Part shown: one piece after another, positions 1 to 10,057 of the stretch
How the letters are laid out: each line of letters begins with the position of its first letter
Numbering within the stretch: position 1 is the first letter of the stretch
Assembly (NCBI GenBank): GCA_021513715.1
Contig: CP084167.1
Span: 1,696,001 to 1,760,000 of the forward strand
Reading direction: 5' to 3'
DNA length: 64,000 nt
From: Candidatus Heimdallarchaeum endolithica
GTDB taxonomy: Archaea > Asgardarchaeota > Heimdallarchaeia > Heimdallarchaeales > Heimdallarchaeaceae
Notes under the pieces: model-generated
Seen by the model: the letters and a program-made list of their open reading frames with translations, nothing else
The model's database searches: none
What the model was told of the DNA's origin: nothing
Made by a program: the position numbers and the translations under genes

Positions 1-1254
1 CATACTTACATGGTCTTCTTGGTCTGCAGAAACAGGAGTATTATCAATTGTTGCAGGACTGCTTAATACTTTATTCTCAGAAGATAATGCTGCATCAGCA
101 TATTGAAGAATCATAAGACCAGAATTTAACCCTGGATTTCCAGTTAAGAAAGCAGGAAGATTTGATAAGGAGGTGTTTAACAATTGATTAACACGCCTCT
201 CAGATATTGTTCCTAGTTCTGTCATCGCTATTGAGAGAAAATCCATGACAAGAGAGATAGGTTCTCCATGAAAGTTTCCACCAGAAAAAGCATGATTTTC
301 ACTTACTGAAATTAGAGGATTATCTGTTACTGAGTTTATTTCAATTTCAACAACATCTTTTGCGTATCTGATTGTATCGAGAATCGCTCCATGGACCTGA
401 GGAGAACAGCGTATAGAATAGGGGTCTTGAACTCTAGGAGCTTTAATTTTTTCTATATCACTATCTTTTATAAGTTTCAAAACAGTTTTTGCAAAATCAC
501 GTTGTCCTTTATGCGCTCTATTTTCCATTATAAATGGTGAAAAAGCATCAGTATTTCCATGAAAAGCTTCTAGAACCAAAGCAACACTAATTGCTGAATG
601 CTTCATAATACTTAACGCATCATAAACTGTATGAGCAGCATAAGAAGATAAAACATGTGTCCCATTTACTAATGAAAGACCTTCTTTAGCAACAGGATTA
701 ACTGGTTTTAATCCTAAAATATTCAACAATTCTTTTCCATCGTAAGTTTTCCCATTATACTTTGCTTTTCCCTCACCCATTAAAATGCTAGCAATGTATG
801 ATAAAGGAGCAAGATCACCACTAGCTCCTAAAGAACCAACACTTGGAACTAAAGGAATAACCTCATTATTAACTAGTTCTATATATAGATCAACAGTGGA
901 TAGCCTTATTCCACTACTACCTTTACAATAAGAATTAATTGCAATAACCATTGCCCCCCTAACTATTTCATCAGGAAGAAAATCTCCAAAACCAATACTA
1001 TGGGAACGAATTATATTTTCTTGTAAAGTAGATTGTTCTTCACTAGAAATGAGCACATTCGCTAGTTTTCCAAAACCTGTGGAAACACCATAAATAGCTT
1101 CATTCCCTGAAATTAATTCTTCAATTATCTTTCTTGATTCTATGATTCTTTGTTTACTTTCATCACTTATTTGAATTTTATATCCTTTTCTTGTTATTTT
1201 TATTAAATCTTGAATTGTAAGTGAATTCCCATCAAGGACAATAATATTATTCAT
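1..1254 (-). CDS. hutH: Histidine ammonia-lyase (3' end runs off the window)
   Basis: Not in the ORF track. Manual translation from ATG at 1254 gives MNNIIVLDGNSLTIQDL..., IYGVSTGFG, the MIO-forming GSLGASGDLAPL, QDPYSIRC and GGNFHGEP. Divergent from hutI. Confidence 0.93.
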   Translation of the reverse strand, partial: MNNIIVLDGNSLTIQDLIKITRKGYKIQISDESKQRIIESRKIIEELISGNEAIYGVSTGFGKLANVLISSEEQSTLQENIIRSHSIGFGDFLPDEIVRGAMVIAINSYCKGSSGIRLSTVDLYIELVNNEVIPLVPSVGSLGASGDLAPLSYIASILMGEGKAKYNGKTYDGKELLNILGLKPVNPVAKEGLSLVNGTHVLSSYAAHTVYDALSIMKHSAISVALVLEAFHGNTDAFSPFIMENRAHKGQRDFAKTVLKLIKDSDIEKIKAPRVQDPYSIRCSPQVHGAILDTIRYAKDVVEIEINSVTDNPLISVSENHAFSGGNFHGEPISLVMDFLSIAMTELGTISERRVNQLLNTSLSNLPAFLTGNPGLNSGLMILQYADAALSSENKVLSSPATIDNTPVSADQEDHVSM

Positions 1255-1599
1255 GATTAAAGTTTTTTCATTACTAATTTAAAAATTTGGATAGAAGAAG
1301 TTGAACTTAAGAAAAATTGAATTAACTAAATGAATGAAATTTTTTAGGATCGATATAATTTGAAAACAAATTCATTATTTTTGAAATTTGGAAAATCGTT
1401 TCAGTCTTTTCAAGCATTATCAAAAAAGATTCCATTATTACTTTTTTTTCAACAAAAATTAAGGAATAAAATAGTTAACTCTTCTTTTTCTTCATTTAAT
1501 AAAGTAAAAGTCTTTTTAACTGAAAAGACCAATATAATATCTTAAAAAAAAACATTTTGCAAAAAAAATAAATTATAGCTTTTACACTTTAAAATTAAC

Positions 1600-2907
1600 A
1601 TGCTCCGACATGAAAAAGAAGGAATAATTATAGCAAATATAGCCGATCTTTTTTTAGGTGAAGTAACAAAATATGAACCATCCTACCCTAACGAAAAACC
1701 AGACGCTCTTGTAATAAAAGATGGAAAAATAGAAGCTATTGGTGAAACTGGGAGAATATTAGCAGACTATAACAGAACAGATTATGAATATATCAACTGT
1801 AATAATGAACAAAGTGTTTGCCCAAGTTTTGTAGATTCACATACCCATCTTGTTTTTGCGGGGAATAGATCTCATGAGCTAGAAATGAAAATTAAAGGAA
1901 TAAGTTATAGTGAAATAGCAGCAAAAGGGGGCGGAATAAATTATACAGTAAGAGAGACAAGAAATGCATCAAAAAAGGAGTTAAAGGCTGCTGCATTAAA
2001 GATATTAGATAAAATGCTACTACACGGAACAACAACCATTGAAGCAAAATCCGGATATGGGTTAAACCATGAAAGTGAACTAAAAATACTTGAAGTAATT
2101 AATGAATTAAATGAAGAACATCCAATTGAAATAGTTCCAACATTTTTAGGTTGTCATATTAAACCCGAAGACTTTATGGGAAACACATACGAATATATTG
2201 AAACAATGATGTATTTGCTCCCCGAAATTAAAAAAAGAAACTTAGCTGAATATGTAGATATATGGACAGATTTAGGAGCATTTACTGTTGAAGAATCAGA
2301 ATTTTTTCTTAAAGAAGCTGTAAAACAAGGCTTCAAAATAAGAGTGCATGCAGACGAGATGGATAATGTGGGTGCGGGAATAATGGCAGCCAATTTGGGA
2401 GCAGTATCAGCAGATCATTTACTAAAATCAGAAGCAATAACTGCAGAAGCGATGGCTGAAAAAGAAGTAGTCGCAAATTTGCTTCCTGGAACACCATTTG
2501 TTTTAATGAGCAGAAAGTATGCTAATTACAGAATGTTTCGGGATGCAAATTGCACTGTTGCACTGAGCACAGATTTCAATCCAAATTGTTATATATTAAA
2601 CATGCAAACAATTCTAACACTTGGAACATATATGATGAAAATGACACCAAAAGAAGCCCTAAAAGCAGCAACTTTTGGAGGAGCAAAAGCATTGAACAGA
2701 GAAAAAAGGATTGGGTCAATAGATTTAGGAATGCAAGCAGATGTTTTAATCTTAGATGTACCATCAATAGACGATTTAGTTTATCAATTTGGAACAAATA
2801 ATGTTTCTACTGTGATTAAAGAAGGAAAAATACTGGTGAAAGATAAAGAAATAATACTGAAAAAAAATGAACCAAAAAAAAAGATAAAATACGAACTTAA
2901 AATTTAG
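1600..2907 (+). CDS. hutI: Imidazolonepropionase
   Basis: Amidohydrolase motifs DSHTHLVF, EAKSGYG, HADE, SADHL and STDFNP; next to hutH. Confidence 0.93.
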   Translation: MLRHEKEGIIIANIADLFLGEVTKYEPSYPNEKPDALVIKDGKIEAIGETGRILADYNRTDYEYINCNNEQSVCPSFVDSHTHLVFAGNRSHELEMKIKGISYSEIAAKGGGINYTVRETRNASKKELKAAALKILDKMLLHGTTTIEAKSGYGLNHESELKILEVINELNEEHPIEIVPTFLGCHIKPEDFMGNTYEYIETMMYLLPEIKKRNLAEYVDIWTDLGAFTVEESEFFLKEAVKQGFKIRVHADEMDNVGAGIMAANLGAVSADHLLKSEAITAEAMAEKEVVANLLPGTPFVLMSRKYANYRMFRDANCTVALSTDFNPNCYILNMQTILTLGTYMMKMTPKEALKAATFGGAKALNREKRIGSIDLGMQADVLILDVPSIDDLVYQFGTNNVSTVIKEGKILVKDKEIILKKNEPKKKIKYELKI

Positions 2908-2909
2908 GT

Positions 2910-2960
2910 TGTCGAACAAAACCTCGACACTAAATCTAGTTGTCGAAAATTTATTCGACA
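2910..2960. promoter_or_regulatory. Two tandem palindromes TGTCGA-N8-TCGACA upstream of the thermosome gene (candidate operator)
   Basis: Copies at 2910-2929 and 2941-2960, both with perfect 6-bp arms, 31 bp apart. Confidence 0.55.
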
Positions 2961-3220
2961 GGGAAAAAAAGTCAAGCACTGAAAAATTTTTAAATAAAAC
3001 ATTTAGAGCAACCTTTTCTCTTCGAATTCCCTAAAAATTGTATAAAGTTGACTGACAGTAAATTTTATATATCAGTCTAAGTCGAATTTTTACGGAAATT
3101 GTTTCTCGTGTGATAAAAGACAAGTGAAAAAACACAATTAAACAATTATCAAATAAATATAATTCTAAAATAATTATAATCTATAACACAGAGAAATAAA
3201 AAATTAAAGGTGAAAAAAAA

Positions 3221-4891
3221 ATGTATGGGCAAGGCCAAGTACCAGTGATAGTCCTAAAAGAAGGAACAGAAAGGACAAAAGGAAAAGATGCACAGAGAAA
3301 TAACATAATGGCAGCACAAGTAGTTGCTGAAACAATTAAGACTACCCTAGGACCAAAGGGTATGGATAAAATGCTCGTTGATGGGCTAGGAGATATTTTA
3401 ATATCTAATGATGGTAAAACTATTCTTGACGAGATTGATGTCAAGCATCCTGCAGCAAAGATGATGGTTGAAGTAGCTAAAGCTCAAGACCAAGAAACAG
3501 GTGATGGTACTACTTCAAGTGTTACTCTTGCAGGTGAACTACTAAAGAACGCTACTGATCTTTTGGACAAACAGATTCATCCTTCAATAATTGTTGAAGG
3601 TTACAAAGCAGCTGCTGAGAAAGCAGAAGAAATCCTACAAGAATTAGCCACACAATTTGATCCTTTTGGCGACGAACAAATTTTATTCAAGATAGCAAAT
3701 ACTTCATTAAACAGTAAGTCAGTATCTGGTGCTAAAGAGCACATTGCACAGCTAGCAATCAGCGCCGTCAAAAAAGTTGCAGACGAGGATAATGGTAACC
3801 ATGTTGTTGAACTTGATAATATTAAGATTTTACAAAAATCAGGTAAGAGTTTAGCTGAGTCTGAACTTATTGAAGGAGTAATTGTTGATAAAGAAGTTGT
3901 TCACCCTGGCATGCCAAAGCAAGTTAAAGATGCAAAGATTCTTTTACTTAACCAAAACATTGAGATCGAAAAAGGAGAATTTGATAAAGAGATTAGAATT
4001 AGTGATCCCCTACAGATGCAAAGTTTCTTAGAAAATGAAGAAGCTATGTTAAAAGAAATGGTTGAGCAGATAGCTGCTACAGGAGCCAATGTTTTAATCT
4101 GTCAGAAAGGAATCGATGACATGGCCCAATATTTCCTTGCAAAAAAGGGTATTATGGCTATTCGTCGAGTTAAAAAATCGGATATGGAGAAACTTTCACG
4201 TGCAACTGGAGGAAAAGTCATTAGCAATTACAAAGACGCTAAAGCTGAAGATCTGGGTTACGCTGGACTAGTTGAAGAAGTCAAAATTGGTGATGATGAT
4301 CACGTTTTTGTTCGTGAATGCAAGAATCCTAAAAGTGTTTCTATTATTCTCCGTGGAGCCACAAAATACGTCACTGATGAAGCTGAACGTGCTCTTCATG
4401 ATGCTCTATGTGTAGCTCGTAATGCTGTTGAAGACAAAACCTATTTACCCGGCGGAGGAGCGACCTATCTTGAGCTTGCTAAACGACTAAGTGTTTTCGC
4501 TGAAGAGTTCAAAGATAAACGTCAAATGGCAGTTAAGGCTTTTGCTCAAGCTCTTGAAGTTATTCCTACTACTTTAATTGAAAATGCAGGTTTAGATCCT
4601 ATTTCAATCATGAACGAATTAAAAGCTGCACATGCTTCTGAAAATAATGTTTCTATGGGTCTAAATCTTTTGAAGAATGGTCAAGTTCTTGACATGTTCA
4701 CTGAAGGAATAATTGAACCTCTTCGAGTAGTTAGTCAGGCTGTTAAGTCAGCTTCTGAATCAGCTATAATGATTCTAAGAATCGATGATGTAATTGTCGC
4801 CAAGGCTTCCGCTCCACAAGGCCCACCTGGTGGAGGTATGGGTGGCATGGGTGGCATGGGTGGCATGGGCGGCATGCCTGGTATGATGTAA
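3221..4891 (+). CDS. ths: Thermosome (group II chaperonin) subunit
   Basis: GPKGMDKM and GDGTTS motifs, GGM-rich tail; GGTGA Shine-Dalgarno 7 nt before ATG. Confidence 0.97.
   Translation: MYGQGQVPVIVLKEGTERTKGKDAQRNNIMAAQVVAETIKTTLGPKGMDKMLVDGLGDILISNDGKTILDEIDVKHPAAKMMVEVAKAQDQETGDGTTSSVTLAGELLKNATDLLDKQIHPSIIVEGYKAAAEKAEEILQELATQFDPFGDEQILFKIANTSLNSKSVSGAKEHIAQLAISAVKKVADEDNGNHVVELDNIKILQKSGKSLAESELIEGVIVDKEVVHPGMPKQVKDAKILLLNQNIEIEKGEFDKEIRISDPLQMQSFLENEEAMLKEMVEQIAATGANVLICQKGIDDMAQYFLAKKGIMAIRRVKKSDMEKLSRATGGKVISNYKDAKAEDLGYAGLVEEVKIGDDDHVFVRECKNPKSVSIILRGATKYVTDEAERALHDALCVARNAVEDKTYLPGGGATYLELAKRLSVFAEEFKDKRQMAVKAFAQALEVIPTTLIENAGLDPISIMNELKAAHASENNVSMGLNLLKNGQVLDMFTEGIIEPLRVVSQAVKSASESAIMILRIDDVIVAKASAPQGPPGGGMGGMGGMGGMGGMPGMM
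4832..4876 (+). repeat. GGTGGCATG-type tandem repeat encoding the GGM tail
   Basis: Three exact 9-mers at 4841-4867 plus flanking variants. Confidence 0.85.
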
Positions 4892-4940
4892 TTTTTTTCC
4901 CGGTAATTTTTTTATTAATTTTTATTTTCCATTTTCTTGC
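4892..4940 (+). terminator. Oligo-T tracts after the thermosome stop
   Basis: Several T5-T7 runs directly after TAA, typical of archaeal terminators. Confidence 0.6.
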
Positions 4941-4992
4941 TTTATTTATTCATTGGGAAAATATTTTTATTGTTCCTCTCCCACAACGTAGA

Positions 4993-5296
4993 TATGACCA
5001 AGAGAAATAAATCAAAATTTGATCGTATTACTTGGATTGTCACAGAGTTGATTATTGGCTTTGCTGCCGCAGGTTATGGAGTTTATGGTTTATTTAAAGG
5101 TTTACCGGAACAAAAGATTGTCCACATAATTATTTCTTCTATTGGTGGGGTTTTATTATTACTTGCTTTTAGTCAGATTCTTATATTAAGAGTTAAAAAG
5201 AAAAGAATTAAAGAAATCAAGCATTGCCCCAAATGTGGGGTTGAAGTCCAAAAAGGGGATGAACACTGCAGAAAATGTGGAGAAAAATTAAATTAA
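4993..5296 (+). CDS. Two-TM membrane protein with C-terminal double zinc ribbon
   Basis: Two hydrophobic helices then CPKCG...CRKCG. ATG at 4993 preferred over TTG at 4937. Confidence 0.7.
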
Positions 5297-5298
5297 TA

Positions 5299-5703
5299 TT
5301 ATTGCTTGCTCTTTTCCTCTTTCCAAACTTTTAGAAACTCGGGCATTTCTTCGAAGTTTACAATTGGTATTGATACAGGCCATCTAGCATCACTTACTTC
5401 ATCAGCAAATTCAAACTCTTCCTTTGGACTTGTTCTATATCTTATAAATGATCCTGCAGGAGGTTTATCACTTTCTATCCATACAACTATTGGAAGAGCT
5501 CTTAAGTTGTAGTATCCTAAGCTAGTATTAAACATGAAAAAAATATTCTTATTCTCTTCTTTTTCATAAAAATATCCTATGTAACCTGTCATTCTATCTG
5601 TTAAAGTTGAAGCTATAAGCTTTATTATATCTGATAATCCCTTAAGTTTTATTGACGCAGCTTTTTTTATATTATCTACAATTTCATCCATATTAACCAC
5701 CAA
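5299..5703 (-). CDS. Conserved archaeal hypothetical protein (resembles the 'cren protein' family)
   Basis: GYYNLRALPIVV...FIRYR...IPIVNFEEMPEFL pattern; family recognised from memory only. Confidence 0.6.
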   Translation of the reverse strand: MVVNMDEIVDNIKKAASIKLKGLSDIIKLIASTLTDRMTGYIGYFYEKEENKNIFFMFNTSLGYYNLRALPIVVWIESDKPPAGSFIRYRTSPKEEFEFADEVSDARWPVSIPIVNFEEMPEFLKVWKEEKSKQ

Positions 5704-5722
5704 AAATAAAAAAATAAGAAGT

Positions 5723-6031
5723 TTAGAAGATTAATAGAATAGCTACAAGTAGACCATAAATTGCTACTGCTTCAATAAGCACGATGAACAAGAAGATTTT
5801 ACCAAAAATCTCTGGTTTTTCAACTAGTGCGCCTATACCAGCTGAACCTGCTGAACCCATTCCGAGACCACTACCAATACCTGCCAGACCTATTGCCAGA
5901 GCAGCTCCTAGAGGTCTCATATCTCCTTCTTCACCTAGAGGAATTTTTTCTGCAGCGAATGTACCTTTTGAAGTTAAAATGATAAGCGCAACAATTGCTA
6001 GTAGTCCAATAATCAGATCATTTTTTTTCAT
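5723..6031 (-). CDS. atpK: V/A-type ATP synthase proteolipid subunit c (K)
   Basis: Signal-like N-terminus, GAALAIGLAGIGSG, EKPE loop and carboxylate in LIEAVAIYG. ATG at 6031 preferred. Confidence 0.92.
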   Translation of the reverse strand: MKKNDLIIGLLAIVALIILTSKGTFAAEKIPLGEEGDMRPLGAALAIGLAGIGSGLGMGSAGSAGIGALVEKPEIFGKIFLFIVLIEAVAIYGLLVAILLIF

Positions 6032-6124
6032 AATATTTCCCTTTTTCACGTGTTTAAAATTACAAATCATCGTTTCTTTATTAGTTTTTTGTATTGGATA
6101 CTTTTTAATATAGAATATATTATT

Positions 6125-6238
6125 TATAGTACTTCCGCAATAAGTTGACCGATTTCTATAGGTTAAAATTATAGGCGTTCATACTATCATTGGCGTGTTC
6201 TCAATTCATACTTTTTGAGATAATTCGGAAGTACTATA
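6125..6238. other. 114-bp element closed by a perfect 13-bp inverted repeat (structured RNA or regulatory DNA)
   Basis: TATAGTACTTCCG (6125-6137) pairs with CGGAAGTACTATA (6226-6238); internal hairpins TTGACC/GGTTAA and TCTCAA/TTGAGA. Confidence 0.5.
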
Positions 6239-6290
6239 TTTAATAAAAAGGTTTTTTAAGAATATTAATATTGTATATTTTATATAACAA

Positions 6291-7301
6291 AAGCATGTCC
6301 AAAAATTCTTTTTCACCAACTATACAGTCCGAAGGAGCAAAAGGTAGTTGTAACAGAGAAGAGAACTGTACAAGGTAGAGAGGATGGTGGAGGGTAAGCG
6401 ATCAAGGATGGGGGAAGAGAGAGTTTGAGGAGACCAAAGACGTGTTCAATACTACTACGATACTCGGGGTGATGATTATGATAAACGATACAGACCAGGG
6501 TAGAGACGATGAACTTGAACTATTGGTCCAAGGAGAGGAGGAGAGGGATAACGAGCATTACTTTTTTGGGGGAATAACAGGAAAAAAGAATGTTGTCTAA
6601 GAAGACCGACGATATTTTCTGTCCAGTAGGCACAGTCACCATAGAATCTCAAGAAAGGTCTTAAGAGTGCAGAAGGAAGTTTCTGCCATAGTAAACCGAA
6701 GACTTTACTATCGTGAGTGTTACTAGCAGAATGTGCTAGAGAGACTATAGCTCTGGAGGGTAAACCAACTATAAGGTGTATCTTCCAGAAAAGTTTAGTT
6801 GGAGGTTTTCTTTAGTGCTCCCCTTGACCACTTGAGAAAACGCCAAACAGAAGCTTGACGAATTTTAAACCCTGAACTATCCACCGCCATAGCTTTCAAC
6901 TCTTTTTTTCTCACTATTTCTCCCCCTAAATCTATTATCCACTGCTCTAAGATTTTACTTTCTGTCGCTCTCCACACAGCATGAAAAGTGGATTTAGAAG
7001 GAATCTTCTTCATCCACCCCTCTTCTATCAAAAAAGCGCATAGAGACAACTTTTCTTCTAACTTCCTCCAAGCAATTCCTTCTATTCTAGCAATGATCGC
7101 TAAAGCCAGTATCACCCACCTTTCTGCTATTCTTTTTCTCCCTCTCTTACTTTCTCTCGGTTCCACTTTCACCAGTTTCTTAAGGAAAGGTTCATTAATG
7201 ATTATAAATTCTCTTACGCTGTGGAGTTTTATGATCTGAAAGAAACTCATAATTCCGACATAAACCCCCATATCAATAAAAATTAATTTTTGGACATGCT
7301 T
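6291..7301 (-). mobile_element. IS5/IS982-like DDE insertion sequence, degenerate copy
   Basis: 17-bp perfect TIR AAGCATGTCCAAAAATT; 6-bp TSD TAACAA (6285-6290 and 7302-7307); highly similar to 51469-52472. Confidence 0.93.
6320..7271 (-). pseudogene. Frameshifted transposase
   Basis: Relative to the intact copy it has two 4-bp insertions (near 6799 and 6480) and single-base indels, net +7 bp. The ORF is truncated at 6795. Confidence 0.88.
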
Positions 7302-7368
7302 TAACAAGTAAGAAAGCAAAGCTATAATAAATGGGAAAACTTTATGATTATTAAGAAAAGATTCTATC

Positions 7369-7986
7369 GTGAGTAAAATGTTTGGAAACTTTATGAAATG
7401 GTTATTAGGAACTCAAAAATCAAGCCGAGACCATATAGTAAATCTTAAACTAACAATTCGTAGACTGGAAAGAGCTCAGAGAAAACTTGAAAGAGATGAA
7501 TCAAGAATTCAATTAAAGATGCGTACAGCAATTCAACGTGGTGATTTAGAAGGAGCCCGCCTTTATGCTACAGATATTGTTCGTTCTCGTAAATGGGTTT
7601 TAGGTTATCAGCGTTTAGTTTCTCGTATTAATGGTCTTATTTTTAAATTAGAACGAGCTGATTCTGCAGCTAATTTAGCTGCTGAAATGCATTCCATTGC
7701 AGGAGCTCTTCGACAAGCTAACGCTCAATTAAATGTTCCTGATTTAGATCATGTTATTCAAGACATGGAACGAAGTATTGATGGAATTGAGGATTCAACT
7801 GAAACAATTGAAGACGGAATTGATGATCTTCTTATTGCTGACACTGACCCTGCTGAAGTTGACAGGTTAATCGATCAAACTGCCACTGAAATGGGTGTCA
7901 GTGTAGGAGGAGAACTCCCTTCAGTAAGTGCTGTTGCTACAGACGATCTTGAGGAAGAGATTCAAAAATTAAGAAAAAAAGAGTAA
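7369..7986 (+). CDS. ESCRT-III, Vps2/24/46 class
   Basis: Snf7-fold helices, GDLEGARLYATDIVR and an amphipathic N-terminus; in an operon with Snf7 and Vps4. Confidence 0.9.
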   Translation: MSKMFGNFMKWLLGTQKSSRDHIVNLKLTIRRLERAQRKLERDESRIQLKMRTAIQRGDLEGARLYATDIVRSRKWVLGYQRLVSRINGLIFKLERADSAANLAAEMHSIAGALRQANAQLNVPDLDHVIQDMERSIDGIEDSTETIEDGIDDLLIADTDPAEVDRLIDQTATEMGVSVGGELPSVSAVATDDLEEEIQKLRKKE

Positions 7987-8000
7987 TATGAGGTGTTTAT

Positions 8001-8660
8001 ATGGGTATGAAAAACTGGTTATTTGGAACCAAACGCAAAGATGATGCAGAAGCTTTAGCTACACTCAAAGCTCAGATTAATCGTTATGAGCACGAGTCTC
8101 GTAATTTGGAGCGTCAAGCTGATGAACAAAAGTCTTTAGCAGCTAAGATGTTGAAATCAGGTAATAAAGCTGGGGCCAAGCAAGCTCTTAAGCGCCGAGC
8201 TATTTACATGAAACGTTTAAATCAAGTCCAAAACATGTTAATGAACCTTCAGAGTCAAATTGACAGCATTCAGACAGCAACTTCTACCGTTGAAACAGTA
8301 AAAGCAATGGAGTTAGGCACTAAAGTTGTTAAGACTAAAATGCAAGAAGTTGATGTTGAGAAAACTGAACGTGTTATGGATGAAGTTATGAGTCAACGTG
8401 ATGAGATTGAAATGATGACTGAAGCTTTATCTGACACTGCATTAAGCGAGAGCATTTTAGATTATGAGGATGATGTAGCAATTGATGATCAACTTGCTCA
8501 GTTAGAAGCAGAGATGAATCTTGGTAAGACAGAAGAATTACCAGATCTTTCAGATCTTCCTTCTACGCCAACAGAAAAACCAACAGAAAAAGAAGAAGAT
8601 ACTTCTGACCTTGAAGCTGAATTAGCGTCTCTTAAGAAAAAATTAAGCGATGACAAATAA
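8001..8660 (+). CDS. ESCRT-III, Vps20/32/60 (Snf7) class
   Basis: GNKAGAKQALKRR motif, acidic C-terminus and MIM2-like LPDLSDLPSTP. Confidence 0.92.
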   Translation: MGMKNWLFGTKRKDDAEALATLKAQINRYEHESRNLERQADEQKSLAAKMLKSGNKAGAKQALKRRAIYMKRLNQVQNMLMNLQSQIDSIQTATSTVETVKAMELGTKVVKTKMQEVDVEKTERVMDEVMSQRDEIEMMTEALSDTALSESILDYEDDVAIDDQLAQLEAEMNLGKTEELPDLSDLPSTPTEKPTEKEEDTSDLEAELASLKKKLSDDK

Positions 8661-8899
8661 TAATCAAATTCTTTTTTCAATTCTTTTTTTAAATAATATT
8701 CGAATATTGATTTTTTTTCTATTTTTTTAATGATACCATATAAGTTTTGAAATGATAACTCTAGTCTTTTATAGGATCCACTTTTTTGCTTTTTTCATGT
8801 ATAAAATTGATTTTAGAAACGAACAGTTTTTTAACGATAATGATGTTACTAGTTTAGTAATTCAATTAATATGATTATTCAATTAGAGAGGTTGAAGAA

Positions 8900-10045
8900 T
8901 TGAGCGCACAAGGACTGATTGAACACGCACGCAAATTTGCAAAAAAAGCTTATGAACTTGATAAAGCAAAACAGTACAATGAAGCAATACCACTTTATCT
9001 TGACGCAGCAGAAGCTCTAATGAAAGCAATAAAATTTGAAAGGAACCCACAAGTAGGAAAAACATTAAAGAAAAAAGCTGAGATGTACATTGAACGAGCA
9101 AAAGATCTAAAAGAAATTATTGAGAAAAAAGCTGAGAAGGGAACAGAAACAGGTTCAAACGAGGAATCTGACAAATTAGAAGGAGCAATTAGCGATATAA
9201 TAGTGACAGAAAAACCATCAGTTACTTTAGATGATATTGCTGGATTAGAAGAAGCAAAACAGAATCTCAGAGAAGCCATAGTTTTACCCCTTGTAAGACC
9301 AGACCTGTTTAGTGGCGCAAGAAGACCATGGAAAGGGATTTTACTCTTTGGTCCGCCAGGTTGTGGAAAAACTCTTTTAGCAAAAGCAACAGCAGCAGAA
9401 GTAGAAGCTACTTTTTTTAATGTCAGTGCAGCAGCAGTTATATCAAAATGGTTAGGAGAATCTGAAAAATTAGTTCATACTCTATTCAAAATTGCGCGTG
9501 AAAAGCAACCAAGTATAATTTTCATTGATGAAGTAGATGCTCTTACTGGTTCACGTGGAGGTGAACATGATGCCATGCGCAGAGTTAAGACAGAATTATT
9601 AACATCTATGGACGGTTTGTCTAGTTCTGCTAAAGATCGTCTTGTTGTTATTGGAGCAACTAACCTTCCTGAGTCAATTGATGGAGCTTTTCGCCGTCGT
9701 TTTGAACGTCGTATTTACATTAAACTTCCTGATTTTGAAGCACGTAAAGCTATCTTTCAATTAAATGTGAAAGGAGTGGACTTAGCTTCAGATGTTGATT
9801 TTGAATCTCTAGCAGAGATTACAGAAGGTTATTCTGGAGCAGATATTGCTATGGTTTGCCGCGATGCTATTATGACCCCTATTCGTGAACTTGATTTATC
9901 CGGAAACATTCATGACCCCAATATTAAAGCCAGACCAGTCACGCAAAAAGATTTTCTTGAGTCTATTCAATCAGTTAATCCTTCTGTAAGTGCAGATGAA
10001 ATCAAGAAATATGAAAAATGGAATGAAGAATTTGGTTCTGCATAA
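8900..10045 (+). CDS. vps4: Vps4 AAA+ ATPase with MIT domain
   Basis: N-terminal MIT domain, GPPGCGKT, SKWLGESEK, IFIDEVD, RRRFERR and C-terminal YEKWNEEFG. Confidence 0.95.
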   Translation: MSAQGLIEHARKFAKKAYELDKAKQYNEAIPLYLDAAEALMKAIKFERNPQVGKTLKKKAEMYIERAKDLKEIIEKKAEKGTETGSNEESDKLEGAISDIIVTEKPSVTLDDIAGLEEAKQNLREAIVLPLVRPDLFSGARRPWKGILLFGPPGCGKTLLAKATAAEVEATFFNVSAAAVISKWLGESEKLVHTLFKIAREKQPSIIFIDEVDALTGSRGGEHDAMRRVKTELLTSMDGLSSSAKDRLVVIGATNLPESIDGAFRRRFERRIYIKLPDFEARKAIFQLNVKGVDLASDVDFESLAEITEGYSGADIAMVCRDAIMTPIRELDLSGNIHDPNIKARPVTQKDFLESIQSVNPSVSADEIKKYEKWNEEFGSA

Positions 10046-10057
10046 AGAGGTGATTAT

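Noticed and set aside
1360-1545. 61-aa ORF between hutH and hutI
   Set aside because: Low-complexity F/K/S sequence in an AT-rich divergent promoter region.
6795-7319. 174-aa ORF as an intact gene
   Set aside because: Its start lies outside the IS TIR and it ends at a 4-bp insertion; it is the 5' half of the broken transposase.
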